Shown: piece by piece, positions 11,956-25,846 of the stretch
Layout of the letters: each line of letters begins with the position of its first letter
Position numbering within the stretch: position 1 is the first letter of the stretch
Origin: Auanema rhodensis
Lineage: Eukaryota > Animalia > Nematoda
Assembly (NCBI GenBank): GCA_964057225.1
Contig: OZ059898.1
Location: 7,998,001 to 8,062,000, forward strand
Direction of reading: 5' to 3'
Length of the DNA stretch: 64,000 bases
Position numbers and translations under genes: made by a program
Notes under the pieces: generated by a model
Told to the model about the DNA's origin: nothing
Databases searched by the model: none
The model's input: the letters and a program-made list of their open reading frames with translations, nothing else

Positions 11956-14900
11956 TTATATCAGCTGCTGCCAGATATTATCAGAACTACGGATGGAACA
12001 ACAGCCATGAAGACATTGAACATACGTCCGTCTGTCATAGTCTGCTTCAGATGTATTTCTCATTCATTTGGCCCTTGCACGACGAACAACGACGTCAGAT
12101 CTGACCGCCGGTAGTGAATAATCAGAAGACGACAAGTTTTTTTCGAGGACATGTCTTAGCTGATGGGATCATGACATCTGAAGTAGCAGAATTCTTTTAA
12201 CCATCTGATGGAAAGAACTTTATGAAAGAATATTCAATAGAAAGAAACATATAGATCTGTACAAGAATTCACTTTTTTTCTTATAAAATAAATTAAAAGC
12301 TATGAATGAAAAGAGTTTTATGAAATAAATATATATTTCAATTTAATTTTCTCTAAATGATATTATATAATATAAGAAAAAACAAAACAAAGCAAAATTT
12401 ACTGAAATTGATAAAAATCTACGATGATGCTTGAAGAAAAGTGGAAGATGATTAGATAGAGGTGATTGTTTATATAGCTCTTCATAGGTCCTTTTCTTTG
12501 CCATACACAACTTTTCAAAACGTTTGACCCTTTAAATGAATGTTTTTTTCATTACTTAAGCTATTACATCTGATGCTTTTAAAACTTTTAGATTGTTCAT
12601 CTCAAGTGTCAATGAAAACTCCAAAAATCAAACTTGTTGACTGTTCATGCCTTATCGAAAAAATATTTTTTAAGTGTCGACATACTCGTGTATGAAACAC
12701 AAATAATTGAGAAGTTATATACTTTGACGTCAAAGAAAGTTGCGCTATTTTGTTATCATTTCACGTATATACGTGAAAATCAAATTGAAAATGTTTCATT
12801 TATATTTGAATTGTAGTATAAAACGGTTGAATTATTATAAATAAGAAATAATATTATAAGAATTTCATATAAAACATTAATTTTTGTTATTAAAATGTTG
12901 GATTTAATGAATAAACTAATCAGATGAATTAGAATAACTAGATGAATATGAATGTATATATGTTTAGCATAGGAAATATATAATATAAATATAAAATATA
13001 TGATTGTCTTCTATTCAAAGTCAATATCCATATTTAGTCATTTCACTCTGCAGCCTTAATAGTCGGCAAAATCATAGGACGATACTAAAACGGCTGAGCA
13101 AGCGGACACGATATGCGAATAGAACAGATCTAATGGTAGAGTCGCAAAAGAGAGGAAGTTGTGTTCACAGGTTGTATTATGACTGTAAGACTAATAATCG
13201 GCGAGTCTACACAGTACGAGAGAAGGAAAGGTGAGGAGGGGGAAGAAGAAATAACATTCTAAGAGTTCGTTGTATTCAAATGTGCTTCTACATCATCATC
13301 ATCATCGCCATCACACTATGTGTACATGAAGCTTTCAATGAACATTCTAAGTGATCAATAAACAAATTAACTAATCAATCGATAACGCAGTCGACCATAT
13401 TGTTCACATGATAGCAAGGTAGATATGAAATTAAAAAATAACAGAAAAGGTTTTTTTGCAGATGTTGTATAACAAGATAAGATGAAGCTGTTCACGAACA
13501 GAGAAAGAAGCCGACAGCAAATACAAAACCAAGACTCATATACGCACACACATATACACACACACATGTACACTTCTATACTACTACCACATCAGCAATA
13601 TGTCCATCGTAAACTAATGTTACCATTTAATACTTGTCTTTTGTTACTTTTTCACAATTCTTGTTCGTTCGTTTCCGAATGTTTTTTTCTGAGGTCGTCC
13701 GTAGTGGCGACGATGCTTAAGATGGTTATAAATCATCTTCCTCATTTTCTATTTACAGATAAATGCTTCTGATTGTTTCGTTAATGATGAGAAAAGAATT
13801 TGAGGTGATTAGAACAGTTGTCAGTTCTATGTTGATCAAAATGAAATGAGATCATGTATTGAAAGAGTTGTCAAAACGATTATCATCTTTTCTTCAGTAT
13901 TAACATTGAGAGAAAAGGAAATCAAGTCATCGAGAAAACAAAAAACGCTACTAATTAACAGATATTTTACGATTTTTCAGATTGTTTCATGTTTCAATAT
14001 AAATACATTAATAACATAAAACAATAACAGATTAATGGATTGAATAGATACATTTAGAAAATAACAAGAAAAAGAAAAGGATGATCATTATCCAGATTTT
14101 GCAAATGTTTGATCCACTCGAGAAATTGTGTGAGAAATGAAATAAAAAGAAACAACCCGAAACACTGAGTGAAGTACACAACGTTTGCATTAAATCTATA
14201 GTTAAGCTGGATTAACGAACGAACATGATATCAAGATGTTGTCTAGAAAGGTTTTTCTGAGGTTTACGATGTGTGGTGGATCTCGATCTCGTTCTCTTCT
14301 CTCATTCTCCCTTTCTCTCCCTGGGCCTCAATGCGTATTGACATTTCACATGGCCGTTATTCAGAATTGCGTTTGTAATTCAAACAAATGATAAATCGAT
14401 GCTTAGTTCTCCTGTAACTAAACAGGGAAATCACTAGGCAGTTGAAGAACTCATAAAAATGTTTTAAAGATTAAAATTAGTTGGCGTAAGATTGGCAATA
14501 CTATTACGTAAATGTGAGAAAGAACTGACTGGAAGGCGTTCATTCCCATCCATTTGTGCGATACACACACTTGGCTATTGCCTGTTCAATGGAATTTGAA
14601 GGACAAAACAGACAGGCCTATCAACTGATAAGGTTCTGATGTGACACTTACCATCAGCTGCAGTTTTGAAATAATATTTTAATAAAAAGAGGGGAAGGAT
14701 CGTTGAAATATGGGAAACAATCTTTTAGTTACATTATTGTATAAATCCTGCGAATTTCAGCTGAAATCAGAACTTTGATGTGAACCAAGGCAGATGCCAA
14801 TAGTATGTTGATATAACAAATTATGCTTAGCAATGAGAAGTGTAGGATAAGCAAATGATGTCAAAGAGATCAGAACATAATTATGAATCATTGTAATATA

Positions 14901-15399
14901 AGAAGGAGAAGAAACACAACAAGTGTTAAAAGTCAACATTCATCCATATATCCTTTCGACTGTTATCCTATCAACAGACGTAAACTACTACTCATCATAT
15001 AACGAAACAAGTGAGATATAAAAAAAAACTTTTTTTCTTTATAAAAAAGAAAAATGGCCAGAATAATATTCACAGAGAAGTATGAAAAAAGATAATATCT
15101 TATAGAAACTAACGTTATGTATCAAAGAAAAAACAACAACAACAGTAAACAAAAAATAACATTATGGACATCGAAGAATATAACTTAGAATTGTTGTCCT
15201 TATTTAGTTTTTTTTTATAATATGCAAAATAAACATCAAACATTGTATAGATTAAGACAACAATGTTGTGTGTTATGTAAAATACATAATTAAAAAAATA
15301 AAGCCCATGATACAAGAAATAATGAATATATGTATAGATCCTACAAAAATTTGACCCAAGTATATGACAGATCGCCGAAGGAACATGAAAAAGGAAGTT

Positions 15400-15818
15400 T
15401 CATCCACCACTCAAAGGCGGAATAACAGCAACTTCGCTAGATGGGGTCAGATGTACCTCATCATCACAATCCGCATACCTAAAACCTCATTCTGAAGAAG
15501 ACCACCCGAAAAAATACAAAAAAAAACCTTTGGTCGACAGCTAATATGCACGATGGTTCTATGGGAGACAAAGCAGGGAAAAGCTGTAATAAAGAATGTT
15601 CAAAATTCTGATGAAAATATAAGATAAAACCTCGTTAAAGAGAAGAGATTTCAATTCAGTGTACCTAATGACATTACTCAAAACTACCTTAAATACTTTG
15701 ATTTGAAATAAATCGTATGTGTTTTTTATACTTTTTTCTCTTCACATTCAACTAATTCCCTGGCTTTTCCAAAGAATAGTATTCGGACCTCGACATCTGA
15801 CGAAGCTACCGATACCAT
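15400..15818 (-). CDS. moc-4: Molybdopterin synthase sulfur-carrier small subunit (MOCS2A/MoaD)
   Basis: Exons 15818-15732, 15687-15631, 15583-15528 and 15478-15400 give 92 aa: MVSVASSDVEVRILFFGKARELVECEEKKVVLSNVIRYTELKSLLFNELFPALSPIEPSCILAVDQRYADCDDEVHLTPSSEVAVIPPLSGG*. Diagnostic LFFGKAREL and C-terminal IPPLSGG. Confidence 0.93.
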
Positions 15819-16050
15819 TCTTACCCTATTAACGAAATATTCTTAATATTTTTAGATTTGAAAGAAAGAAGTAAAACTAGATACATACAAATCAAGATAG
15901 TCTAATATAGTATTGCATGATAGTTTATTAAAATAGGAGAGATATACAGAGATCAGAAAAAATAAATAATCAAAATATGCCAAAATGTATTGTACACGTC
16001 TTATATCATCGGGGTTCTATGTTCACCGGTTTCGAGAGAGGAAACTGTGT

Positions 16051-19000
16051 TTATATTATCGTATTTCGCTTTGCGGTAACCAAGGATGACAGAATTGGAT
16101 CCGTTTTCACAATATCTTCTAAATCTTGACGAAGAGCATGTTTTTGTAAACCGCAAATGATTCCATTTCCGTCAAATTTCAAAAGTAATTCTTTTAATTT
16201 AATCGTTGATTCTGAAGAAAGTGAATATTAATTTTAATTACTCTTATCATAGCAAACATACTATCTCTGATAAGTTGTTGAGCGTATGTCATTAAAAGCC
16301 TTCTATAGTCATTAGCACATCCTGTGATCTGGGCAGATATTAACCATGTTTCCAATTGACTTTCAGTAACACTGGTGCGTACAGAAGAAGGAACCTTAAG
16401 CGTGGGAACCATTCTGAAAACACAAAGTATATTTTTTAGGAATTTTTCGCTTTTACCTTTTCCGTTTTTTGAGAATTTTTCCTAATTGGCCGTCACCTAT
16501 CTCACTGACATCAATAGAATCACACAACCGTAATACAGATGATGACGAGTCAACAAGATGCCAGCATTGCATATCCGTAGAAAAAGTAAAAAGATTTCCG
16601 GTGGAAAACCCAATGATAGGCATTCCAAGAGGTGATAAAGAAATTGAAGTTAAAGTGGCATCTGAGATAAAGTTTATCTTGATCACGAATGTAATTATTG
16701 AGAAACAACCTTTCGATACACAATCTGATATTGGTTGTCGAGATAAGAGAGCCTTGCATTTCTCAACATCCCTAAAACAAAAAATAGCAAGTTACCAGTT
16801 ATCCAAAAATAACTACCAAGAACTGAATCTTCCTGTCTGTGTCAAAGCAAACATCTTATTTCCGTTCAACCCTACCCGCACGGGAACAGAGTCAAGTTGA
16901 AGACAACTTTGCAATCTTCCACTGGAGCTGGCATATACGCGAACTGTTCGATCAAAACACCCAACAACAGTCCATAATCTGAAGTAAATCATTGAGATAT
17001 GAAAAACAATAACTACGAACCTATTAGCCGCAGTGATTATAACGGGAGGACCAACAAAAGCTGACCAAATAGGCTCCCGTTTTTTAGTATAAGTTAGTTT
17101 ACTTGTAGTAGAATTACCACATACCCATTCATTTTGTACATCAACTACATCCCCTATCAACTGAAAAATAGTGTTTTAAATTTTTTTCGAATACTATATT
17201 ATAATTGTACCCCAATCACAGTTTCAGTTAAAGAAGCTTTTTGCTCGGGAATGTCTAACACAGTATTGGCGTCAGATACAGCAATATGTGTGCTATCAAC
17301 AGGTCGCAAGGAGGGTTTCTGAATTAATAGAACCTCCAGCAGTTCAAGGTGACATCACAAACCTTGAAATCTGCCATCATCATTTGTTCTGTTGTAACTT
17401 TCGGAGGTTCAGCAGTTCCAGCCGCACCCGATTCTCCACCTTCGGACATCGCTTCATCATCATCACTACTGTCCTCAGCGCTGGAATCATCAGTAGTCAA
17501 TTCTACCCGTGTTTTTTTCGCTGGTGGAGAACTTCTCCTGAAAAATACAAGAAATAAACAAATTTTCTGAAATTAAACTTCAATTGTGGATTAGCGACCG
17601 CAGCAGTAGGAATAACCACTTTTCTATAAAAAATAATAATAGTATAGTGCGATAATGAATAAACAAACGTTGAATTAACAGATGGAGTTGCTGAAGAAAT
17701 AGTCGTTGTGGCGGGTGTAGAACTGGTAGCTATGGAACTGGTAGCTGTAGAAGGAGCTTCATCATCGACTGTGGAGGCTAAGAAAATCGGCTGAATACGG
17801 CGTTTTCCTTCATTTGTTCTTGTCTTCAAATATTTAAATTATTATTTTCTTATATTAAAACCCAAACCTCGACTTGTTCTTTCCGTTTTTCTAATAATTC
17901 TTCTGTTTTCTTTTTATGAGCTGTGTCAATTTTATCCAAAAATGTTGTCTTACTGACAAGAGTATCATTTTCTGTATTTGCCTCCTCAGCCTTAACAAAG
18001 AAAATTAGTTCAACAAAAATGATATGAAAAATACCTTCCGCTTTGCAACAAGTTGTTCAGCTGTATCAATAAATGTACTATTCATTTTCCCTGGGGTACT
18101 AGTAACAGCATCGTTTTGTTCACAGAACTGAGGAGGTTTAGATTTATACAGTAATTCACATTCAGTTCCCTATAAAAGAAATGTTGTCTAAGTAGTTTGA
18201 TAAATATATACCATATGCTCAATACTTGCTATCTCTCCCAATTCTTTTGCATCAAATGTAATGTATTTTACAGACCCATCCTAAACAATAGATTATTAAA
18301 AAAATAAGCAAAAATCATGCCTACTTGAGAGCAAACTACTAAATCTAAGCCCTTCCATGAAATATCCATAATGGAATGTTTGAAAACACGAGTAATAACT
18401 ATCACAGGTCTTTTGACCAAAGGAAATACCCATACAGAAAGTGATTTATCACGAGAGCCTACCGCAAGCAGAGAAACCTTGAATTTAATTATACTCCAAA
18501 AATACTTTTTCCGAAATTTTACCTGCATTTTTTTACCTGAATAGTCCACATAGTGTAATAGACGTTTCGAAACTTTTACAACAGTAACAGCCTTAACAAA
18601 TATTGGAATGAAATTTTCACGAACATTATAAGAACCTTTCTATGGCCAACAAAATCCATGGAGAAATCCCAATCCTTCCGTCGTATAATTTGACACACAG
18701 GACCCTGCAAAAAAAATGGTGAAATGCAGAACAATTCCATGATTAACTTGATTGTTCATGCCGCATGGAGCAAAGAGAAATTGACCATCAGCTGCCCATC
18801 CTAACCTGCTGAACATAGTTGTTTGCCCGCTCTGTAAAATAATTTTTAATTAAGCAGATCTGACGAGAACTGAACCTCAGCAAACGGCTCCGATATGGTT
18901 TTTTCACATTGCCAATTATCAGTTTTCCAACATTTAACAGTCTATAATCATATTTTATATTCCAATATTAATATGTAAAAATACTTTATCCGCAGATTGT

Positions 19001-19833
19001 GTTGCTATATATTTTCCGATAGGATCAAAACTTAATCCTTTTACTGGTGCAACATGTCCGTCTCTTTTACTGTCTAGGACAATAATTTTTTCTGAAAATT
19101 GAAATTATGTACAATACGAGAGTGAGATCATACCAGGTAAACGCTTGGCGTTCCACACGATGACCGTATTATCCATCGAGCCTGAGGCAAGAAATCGGCC
19201 ATCATCAGACCATTCTACTGTTAAAACCTAAAAAAAGAAATTTAATCTATTGTCTAAAATTCACTAACTTCCATAGTATGGTTATGCATATTATGAACAA
19301 TCCTATACTTTTCGACAGCTACTACTTCCTTGCTGCCTATTGTTCCTGAAGATTTCACTCGACCACCTAAAAAATATAAATAAATTAATGTTTGTAGCAT
19401 TACCCAACCATATTCATAGACCGTAACAACTTTGTCATCAGAAGCTGCAGCCAAAAGAGTTCCATCGACATTCCATCGAACACAATTAACTCCCGCTTGA
19501 TGCTGGATACGAGCCAAAACTTTAGGAACATCGGAATTACGATGCGCTTCTTCATTTAAAATAGGTAAGCTATTCCATACTATGATCAAGCCATTGCCTC
19601 CAACCTAAAAGGTGAAGATTACAGCAAAAGTTCAAATAATATTTGTATACATCGCCCTGGCCACATGTTACCAACTTATCTGCACATGGATGCACATCCA
19701 GAGAATAAATAGCTCCTCCTGTAACAAAAGCCCAATATTAAATGTGTTCTTATTCCTATTTTTATTGTGTTGGATTGTTATGCATGCAAAAACTACCGTC
19801 GTGGTTTACCCATGGCGGGATAATAAGCTTCAT
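16051..19833 (-). CDS. hira-1: Histone H3.3 chaperone HIRA
   Basis: Starts MKLIIPPWVNHD; WD40 repeats (HQAGVNCVRW, HVAPVKGLSFDPIGKYIATQSADK, TTMFSRLGWAADGQFLFAPCGMNN, AVGSRDKSLSVW); B-motif QVETRTNEGKRRIQPIFL; C-terminal Hira domain; about 20 exons. Confidence 0.95.
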
Positions 19834-20126
19834 GTCGATTCTTCTTAATTTCTAAATTGGATCTATTGTTTAACAGGCTTCTGTAAATACTTTACTTGAA
19901 TACAACAAAACTTTATAATATATAAACAACAGTAAGAAGCACTTACAACGGATTTTTGAAAGAATTTATAAGAAGTGAACGATATATTGCGTACATATTT
20001 TTTTTTCTGTTAATTTGGAAAAAGGTATTCAGCTTTCTTGATTGTTTCTAAATTCGTAAAGTAAACTTTTTATTTATAATTTTCAATTAAATTAAAATTA
20101 TGCATATAATAATATTGTTGTAGATT
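19834..20126. promoter_or_regulatory. Putative bidirectional promoter between HIRA and MRPS34
   Basis: Divergent ATGs 293 bp apart, each preceded by an acceptor-like sequence. Confidence 0.55.
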
Positions 20127-21384
20127 ATGTCGGGAGCTATCCGATTTATTGGTAATTACGATATAGCTAATGAAGGAAAGTATTTGTGGGAAGTTCTATG
20201 CCAACTCAGAAAAGTATGTTTTCCATGTTGTATAATTTGTATATTTTCTTATTAGTTTGGTGTTGGAAGAATTGTCACAAAAAATGAATGGGCAAGAAAG
20301 TGGCCAGAGCAATCTTCCTATATGAAGATAGTCAGAGTATGTTATTATTTTAATATATTTTTCTTTAAATCATAGCCTAGGTTCAACCGGCTATGGATAG
20401 ATGGCAGTTTGGAGGAAAAGTATGGGCTGAGTGGGTTTATCGAGGCCAAAATTTAGGAATATACGAATTTTCAAAAGATTTAAACAGAAGTGATTGGAGA
20501 TTGATTCACAAGTAGGTTCTATTAAAGTTTACAATACTATTTTCTAATAACCGACATTTTTATTGTTTACTTTGTGTGCATTCTCAATCATTTATAATTT
20601 TTACAAAGCATGTTATATTAAAAGCAAGATAGCAGAGCGATAGTAATAAAGGATACGGTTCAAGTTTTTCCAACAGCGCAAAATATAAGTCATGTAGATG
20701 CAAATTGCCCTTTTTAAAACAATACAGATCTCTGTTTAATGTTTTAAGACATTTAAAATATTGCGATATTACTAATTCCTTATTTTTAATTGAATTAATT
20801 AGAAACCTGGTTTGCTTGAATCATTGCTTGACTTTTTCATGTATTTAATTTTAAAATTATTCATCTTTTCAGACATGAGGAGGAATCATTCTCAACATGT
20901 AAGTCACCCATGAAAGCAATTGAATTTCCCGATTCTTTTCCAATTCCGCCCCTTCAAGTGAGTTTTGAATTCGAAGTTAATCGTAATTTTTTTTTGTAAA
21001 GGTGCATTTTATGAAAAAAAATGCAGTAAGAAACAACGAAGATGAATCTAAAGTGCCAGTACGAACATCATTAAATCTGTGTGTAGATCCTGAACTTGAA
21101 ATGATTAAGAAATTCCTAGTTCAGGTAAGAATAATTAATTTTTTTTTGTTTAGTGTTTATTTAGAAACCTGTTACGAATCCTGGGTCATCAATTTATGAC
21201 GAAGCAAACAAAGATGCCCTTCTTGATATTTATGGAAAAGAATTGCCTGCCAAGGTGGAAGTTTAATTTTCACAATATTTACATTTTTTTATTGTAGGTG
21301 GAGGCTTGGAATGTTGGCCCAGCAAAGTTCACTCCCAGGTTTTCAAATGTTGATATGAAAGTTCAAGAACAAAGCAGCTCTTAA
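20127..21384 (+). CDS. mrps-34: Mitochondrial ribosomal protein S34 (mS34)
   Basis: Spliced product MSGAIRFIGNYDIANEGKYLWEVLCQLRKFGVGRIVTKNEWARKWPEQSSYMKIVRVQPAMDRWQFGGKVWAEWVYRG...DWRLIHKHEE matches the MRP-S34 pattern; stop 21382-21384. Confidence 0.9.
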
Positions 21385-23466
21385 ATGTTGATTTCTATAT
21401 TTATTTCTTATATGTTGAAGTTCTATATCCTTGATCTTTTCAAAATAGAATTGTGCTAGAATAGAAAAGTAATAGTTTGTTAATAGGTTATAATATTGTT
21501 GTTTGTTTTTTGTTTTGAAGATGAATCTTCAGATAAACGCTCTTTCAGTTTCTAACATATTCGTTGTCTCATATTCCACTGACCTCCTATTCGTATATCT
21601 GCGTTCTAGATCATTGTCGCGGAAACTTCTACAACTAGTTGCATGTTGAAAGTATCTTTCAGCCTTCTTTTCGTATTTTGCTCCTTTTCTGCTATTTCTT
21701 TCATAATTCTATACAGTTGCGTTGGTTCCGTAGCAATTAGATTGAACCTTACAGGTTTGCAAAGACTGGTTAACCGGTTTTCAGTCCCATTCATGGTTTC
21801 CTCGTATTCCTTTATATTCAATGGATATCCTCTCGATCCTCTTTTACTATCAAGTCATTCTATTCACTCCTCTTTCTCGGCGTTATTTTCTAACTACCCC
21901 ATCGTGGCTTGTCAATCCCCTCGTTCAGATTGATTATAACTGGTAACGGATATATGAATGTACAACTAGATTTTCAATTGTGTAACAACTGACCTTTTCG
22001 ATTTACTCCAACTACTTTCATGCTTAAGAACATTATCTTCAAAACTGTTAATATATTCTAAAGTTTAACTAGTCAACTCAACATAGCTTAATCTGGAATT
22101 GTATGATAGTTTAAGACATCTAGATTTCAAGACAATTGATAGTCTTGTAATGTCTCATGTCTTACATGTATTGTTAATATAGATTGTGGAGACGTTCACA
22201 CTACTCCCCCACTGTCATCTCCTCTTCTTCTGGATGACCTTGTGGACAGAGCGTACTTGTAGAATTCTCCAGGCCTTTAGACCCTAAATAACCAAATAAC
22301 GCCATCATTTTTCTGCATTTTTACCACTGAACTATAAATTCAGACCACTGTTCACTTGTGGTCAGCTTGCTAGCTTAAACGATTCAATTACTTCCAGTTC
22401 AATTCGTGTTTCTTTGTTACCCATCATGCTATCTTCTACTGCCCATCCGATGTCTTTTTTCTGCAGCATACTGTTTCACGTTGCATGTTCTGTATGCATG
22501 TTTGGCTTGCAGATACAATATCGTTGCTTTCATCGATATGCTTTTGATCTTGCTATACTTTCATAGATCGTTGTCGTTTATAGCTCTTTCTTAGATTGTT
22601 CGTGATCTTTGTTCAAAATCTCATATCGTCTGTCTACCTGAGCTCTGATTTCCCTTCTTCGAGATACACCTACCTGTGTATCGGATCTTAGATCTCATAA
22701 TCATATCTGATAGAAAAAAAAAGATAGAAATGAGACATACGAGACAGATCTTTATTTTTTCGCAACATTTTCCTGTATCATCAGTAGATTTTTTAAGTGA
22801 GTTGTATAATTAAATTTTCCTTCCTCGTCTAGTTACGAGCATATTTGTCCCTTCCAACAATATAAATGGTCGTTTTCCCACATGTTCAGACCATCTATCG
22901 TAACTCAGAATCTTGGGTCAATCTTCCTAAAATCTCTGATCTATTGTCTAGTATTTTAAAATCTAATAAACATCGGTCCAAACGAAAACTTTCTTAGATA
23001 CTTTTAGTGAGAATACTTTCGATATATCTATTTTTTCAATTCAAGAATTTAAAACAGATATGCAACTTTTCTACAGCTCTTTATCGGTGGCAACCAGTTC
23101 CAGCTGTTCTTAGAAAGCGTGATCGTTCTTCCGACAACTCCTGGTAGATCATACATTTTTTTTGATTTGATGCGATGATATCTGTGTTTGAAGTTAGCAG
23201 ATATCCTTTATGCATTAGGACGAGTTATATAACAATTGGATCGCTGACGCCACATAATTCTAAATCATGAGACAACCATTCATATAGTAATCGTCATTAA
23301 AATTGTTTTCGAACTAACTTTCTAGTACACTTAACGAATTATTCTATTGATTTACTTCTTGGTCTCATTAACTTTGTCGTTCTTCCGTTTATACTGATCG
23401 TTTAAAAAGAAAATACAACAATGATCATTCCCATTTTCACAATAGTCAGTTTCAGGAGATTGAACG

Positions 23467-25150
23467 ATGACTCTCACCTGTTGCGCATCACCAGCTTCCA
23501 AGCTAGAAAAAGAAGCTGTTCGAGAATTGAGAGAGAAGTAAGCTTTTTGAATATGACTAGACTTATTATACAACTTTTACAGACTCAATGATGTTATGAG
23601 AAATGGAATACCAGAAGATTTGAATACTGATCTCAACCTTCTTAGATGGATTCGCGGCAATCAGGGAGATATTGAAAAAATTGCCGAGGTAAAATATTTA
23701 ATAGAAGCTCATAAAACTATTTAGTTTTTCTTTAAATACTAAACCCTTTTGACTTTATTAAATACTACAGTATCTTTCTAGATTTTTCCTAACTATGTTG
23801 CCTCTCGAGAAGCCATCGGTTTTACAGGAAAAAATCTACCAGAAAGGTTAGTATCTGATAATTATATTCTTTAAAACTGAAAATTGATTTCTTATATATA
23901 TTAAGATATTTTGAAATGCCACACATCAAGCCATTTCTAAAGTATATAGCGTCATCTCGTTTATCAGATTCTCAGTGGTCGGAAGAGCATAATGCTTTCT
24001 TATTTGTTGAGCGAGCTTGGTCTCAACCCCGTGAAGTATTTTTAGGAATTTTGATTTTATATTTATCTTTTTATTATTTTAGTTCATTAAAACATTCAAA
24101 GTCTCGGATTATCAAATTCATTGTTTTGGATATTCAGAGTTTCTTCTCCAATTAATTTTAGAGTAAGTCCATATTTTACAACTTTTTTTTAAATAACATA
24201 TAAAAATAGACGTGAAAAGAAACAATCTCCTGAAAAGGGCCCAGTTCAGTTTATCGTTCTTTTCGATTTAGCTACAGTTAACATAACGGATTATGTTAAT
24301 CCTATGAGTGGATACATGAAGATGTGGCAACTACGATCAGATTTATGGCAAGATTGGTAAGTTCTAAGATTGATACAAAAAGTTTTTAGTTCAAAAAAAA
24401 ATATTTATTTGCCTGTTCAGGTATCCTGAAATGGTTCAGCGTATCTTTTTGGTTAACCCACCTAGACTAATCAGTGTATTGTGGAAAATAGCCCGAGTAT
24501 TCCTTTCAGAACACAATTTGAAACGTATAGAAATTGTGTCTGAACAAAAAGAATTTCTGAAGCATTTGCCCAAATGGTTCATTCCTAAAGAATACGGAGG
24601 CTTGTTAATGTACTCTAATACCCAGACCAATGTTCTGTTTTAGGAGATTTCATTGCGAAAAGACAATTTGCTGATGAATCAGGTGTCAGTATTCGTCAGA
24701 AAATTACATCAGCTGATTTCTATGTACCTTACCAACATTATAAAGCTCATGGAGTTGAAAGACCTAAGCCAAATAAGAAGGTTCTCAGATGTTATTAGAG
24801 TTCCTATATCAACTTGCTCATTTTAGGATATCAGTCCTGGTGAAGCTTTCATTTTACCAATAACTGTTCCAGAAGGAAAGAGTCTTTTATGGGATTTCAC
24901 AGTTAGTGGAGAAGTCGAATTCTTCATCTATCGTAATAAGGTTTTATATTTATTAGTTGACTGATTTTCAATGATTACCTTATTACAGAATGAAGATGAT
25001 ATGGTGTTCCCACGATTACGTTTAATCACCTCTAAATTAAACGAGGAAGGATCCTTGGATAATCTCCCAGATGCAGAATATTCTATTTTTTTTACTAACA
25101 AAAGTGGATATTTCACAGTGAAACTTGAATATTGCATTGTGGTTTCCTAA
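23467..25150 (+). CDS. CRAL-TRIO (Sec14-like) lipid-binding protein with GOLD-like C-terminus
   Basis: DLNLLRWIRG, LWQDWYPEMVQRIFLVNPPRLISVLWKIARVFLSE, IPKEYGG, LLWDFTVSGEVEF, FPRLRL; multi-exon, one intron requires GC-AG. Confidence 0.9.
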
Positions 25151-25846
25151 ATAATTGCTCTAATTTTTAGAACAATCAAGAATATCAAAAGACATATTCA
25201 TTGTAAAAATTAATTTTAACTGTTATGTAGAAACTGTACATTGTTGTTTTAAATTATCAAAAGCCAAGAGCACATATCATGAGTCAATGCTTTTTGCATG
25301 CCCTTAATTATATTCTCAAAAAATTATTAATTCATAATATTATTGAATGAATAAACATAAAACATATAAATATTGTTCATATTCATAGAACAATAATGGA
25401 TGCTAGTTTATGATTATTTGTCTTATATTCAAAATACAAAAAAATTATAAACGTAAGAAGTTTCATATTAAGGTCAACGGTTTACAGCTAATACTAGAAA
25501 TTTTTCATAGCACAACCTTGGGAAACAATTTCAAAACACAATTTTATATTGAAATTCAGTTGTTACTTATATTGTATTTTTTGAAAAAGATTGAACAAAA
25601 GTATATGCAATCAAAATTAAATACTATATCTTCATAAAACGTATATTATTTTTAATGTTTAAATGAGTTTAGCGTGTACGTAGACGTGGTGAAGTTTCTC
25701 TGCTTACGACCGAAGACACGTTGCAATGCGCATTTTATCTTTTCACAATTATTGCTCAAATATGGTTGCACATTTTGACGTATATAAAAGAAATAAAGCT
25801 TTTTTTAAATTATAATGCATAAGTTGAATTTTTCTCATTTTTGAAG

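Noticed and set aside
14402-14440. Hairpin followed by CTAG as a Helitron 3' end
   Set aside because: Weak stem, not followed by T, and no 5' TC end identifiable
15339-15403. Overlapping MOCS2B frame as in the bicistronic vertebrate MOCS2
   Set aside because: The ATG overlapping the MOCS2A stop opens only about 20 codons with no MoaE similarity
20560-20730. H/ACA snoRNA in the long MRPS34 intron
   Set aside because: ANANNA and ACA boxes are common in AT-rich DNA; no convincing two-hairpin fold by eye
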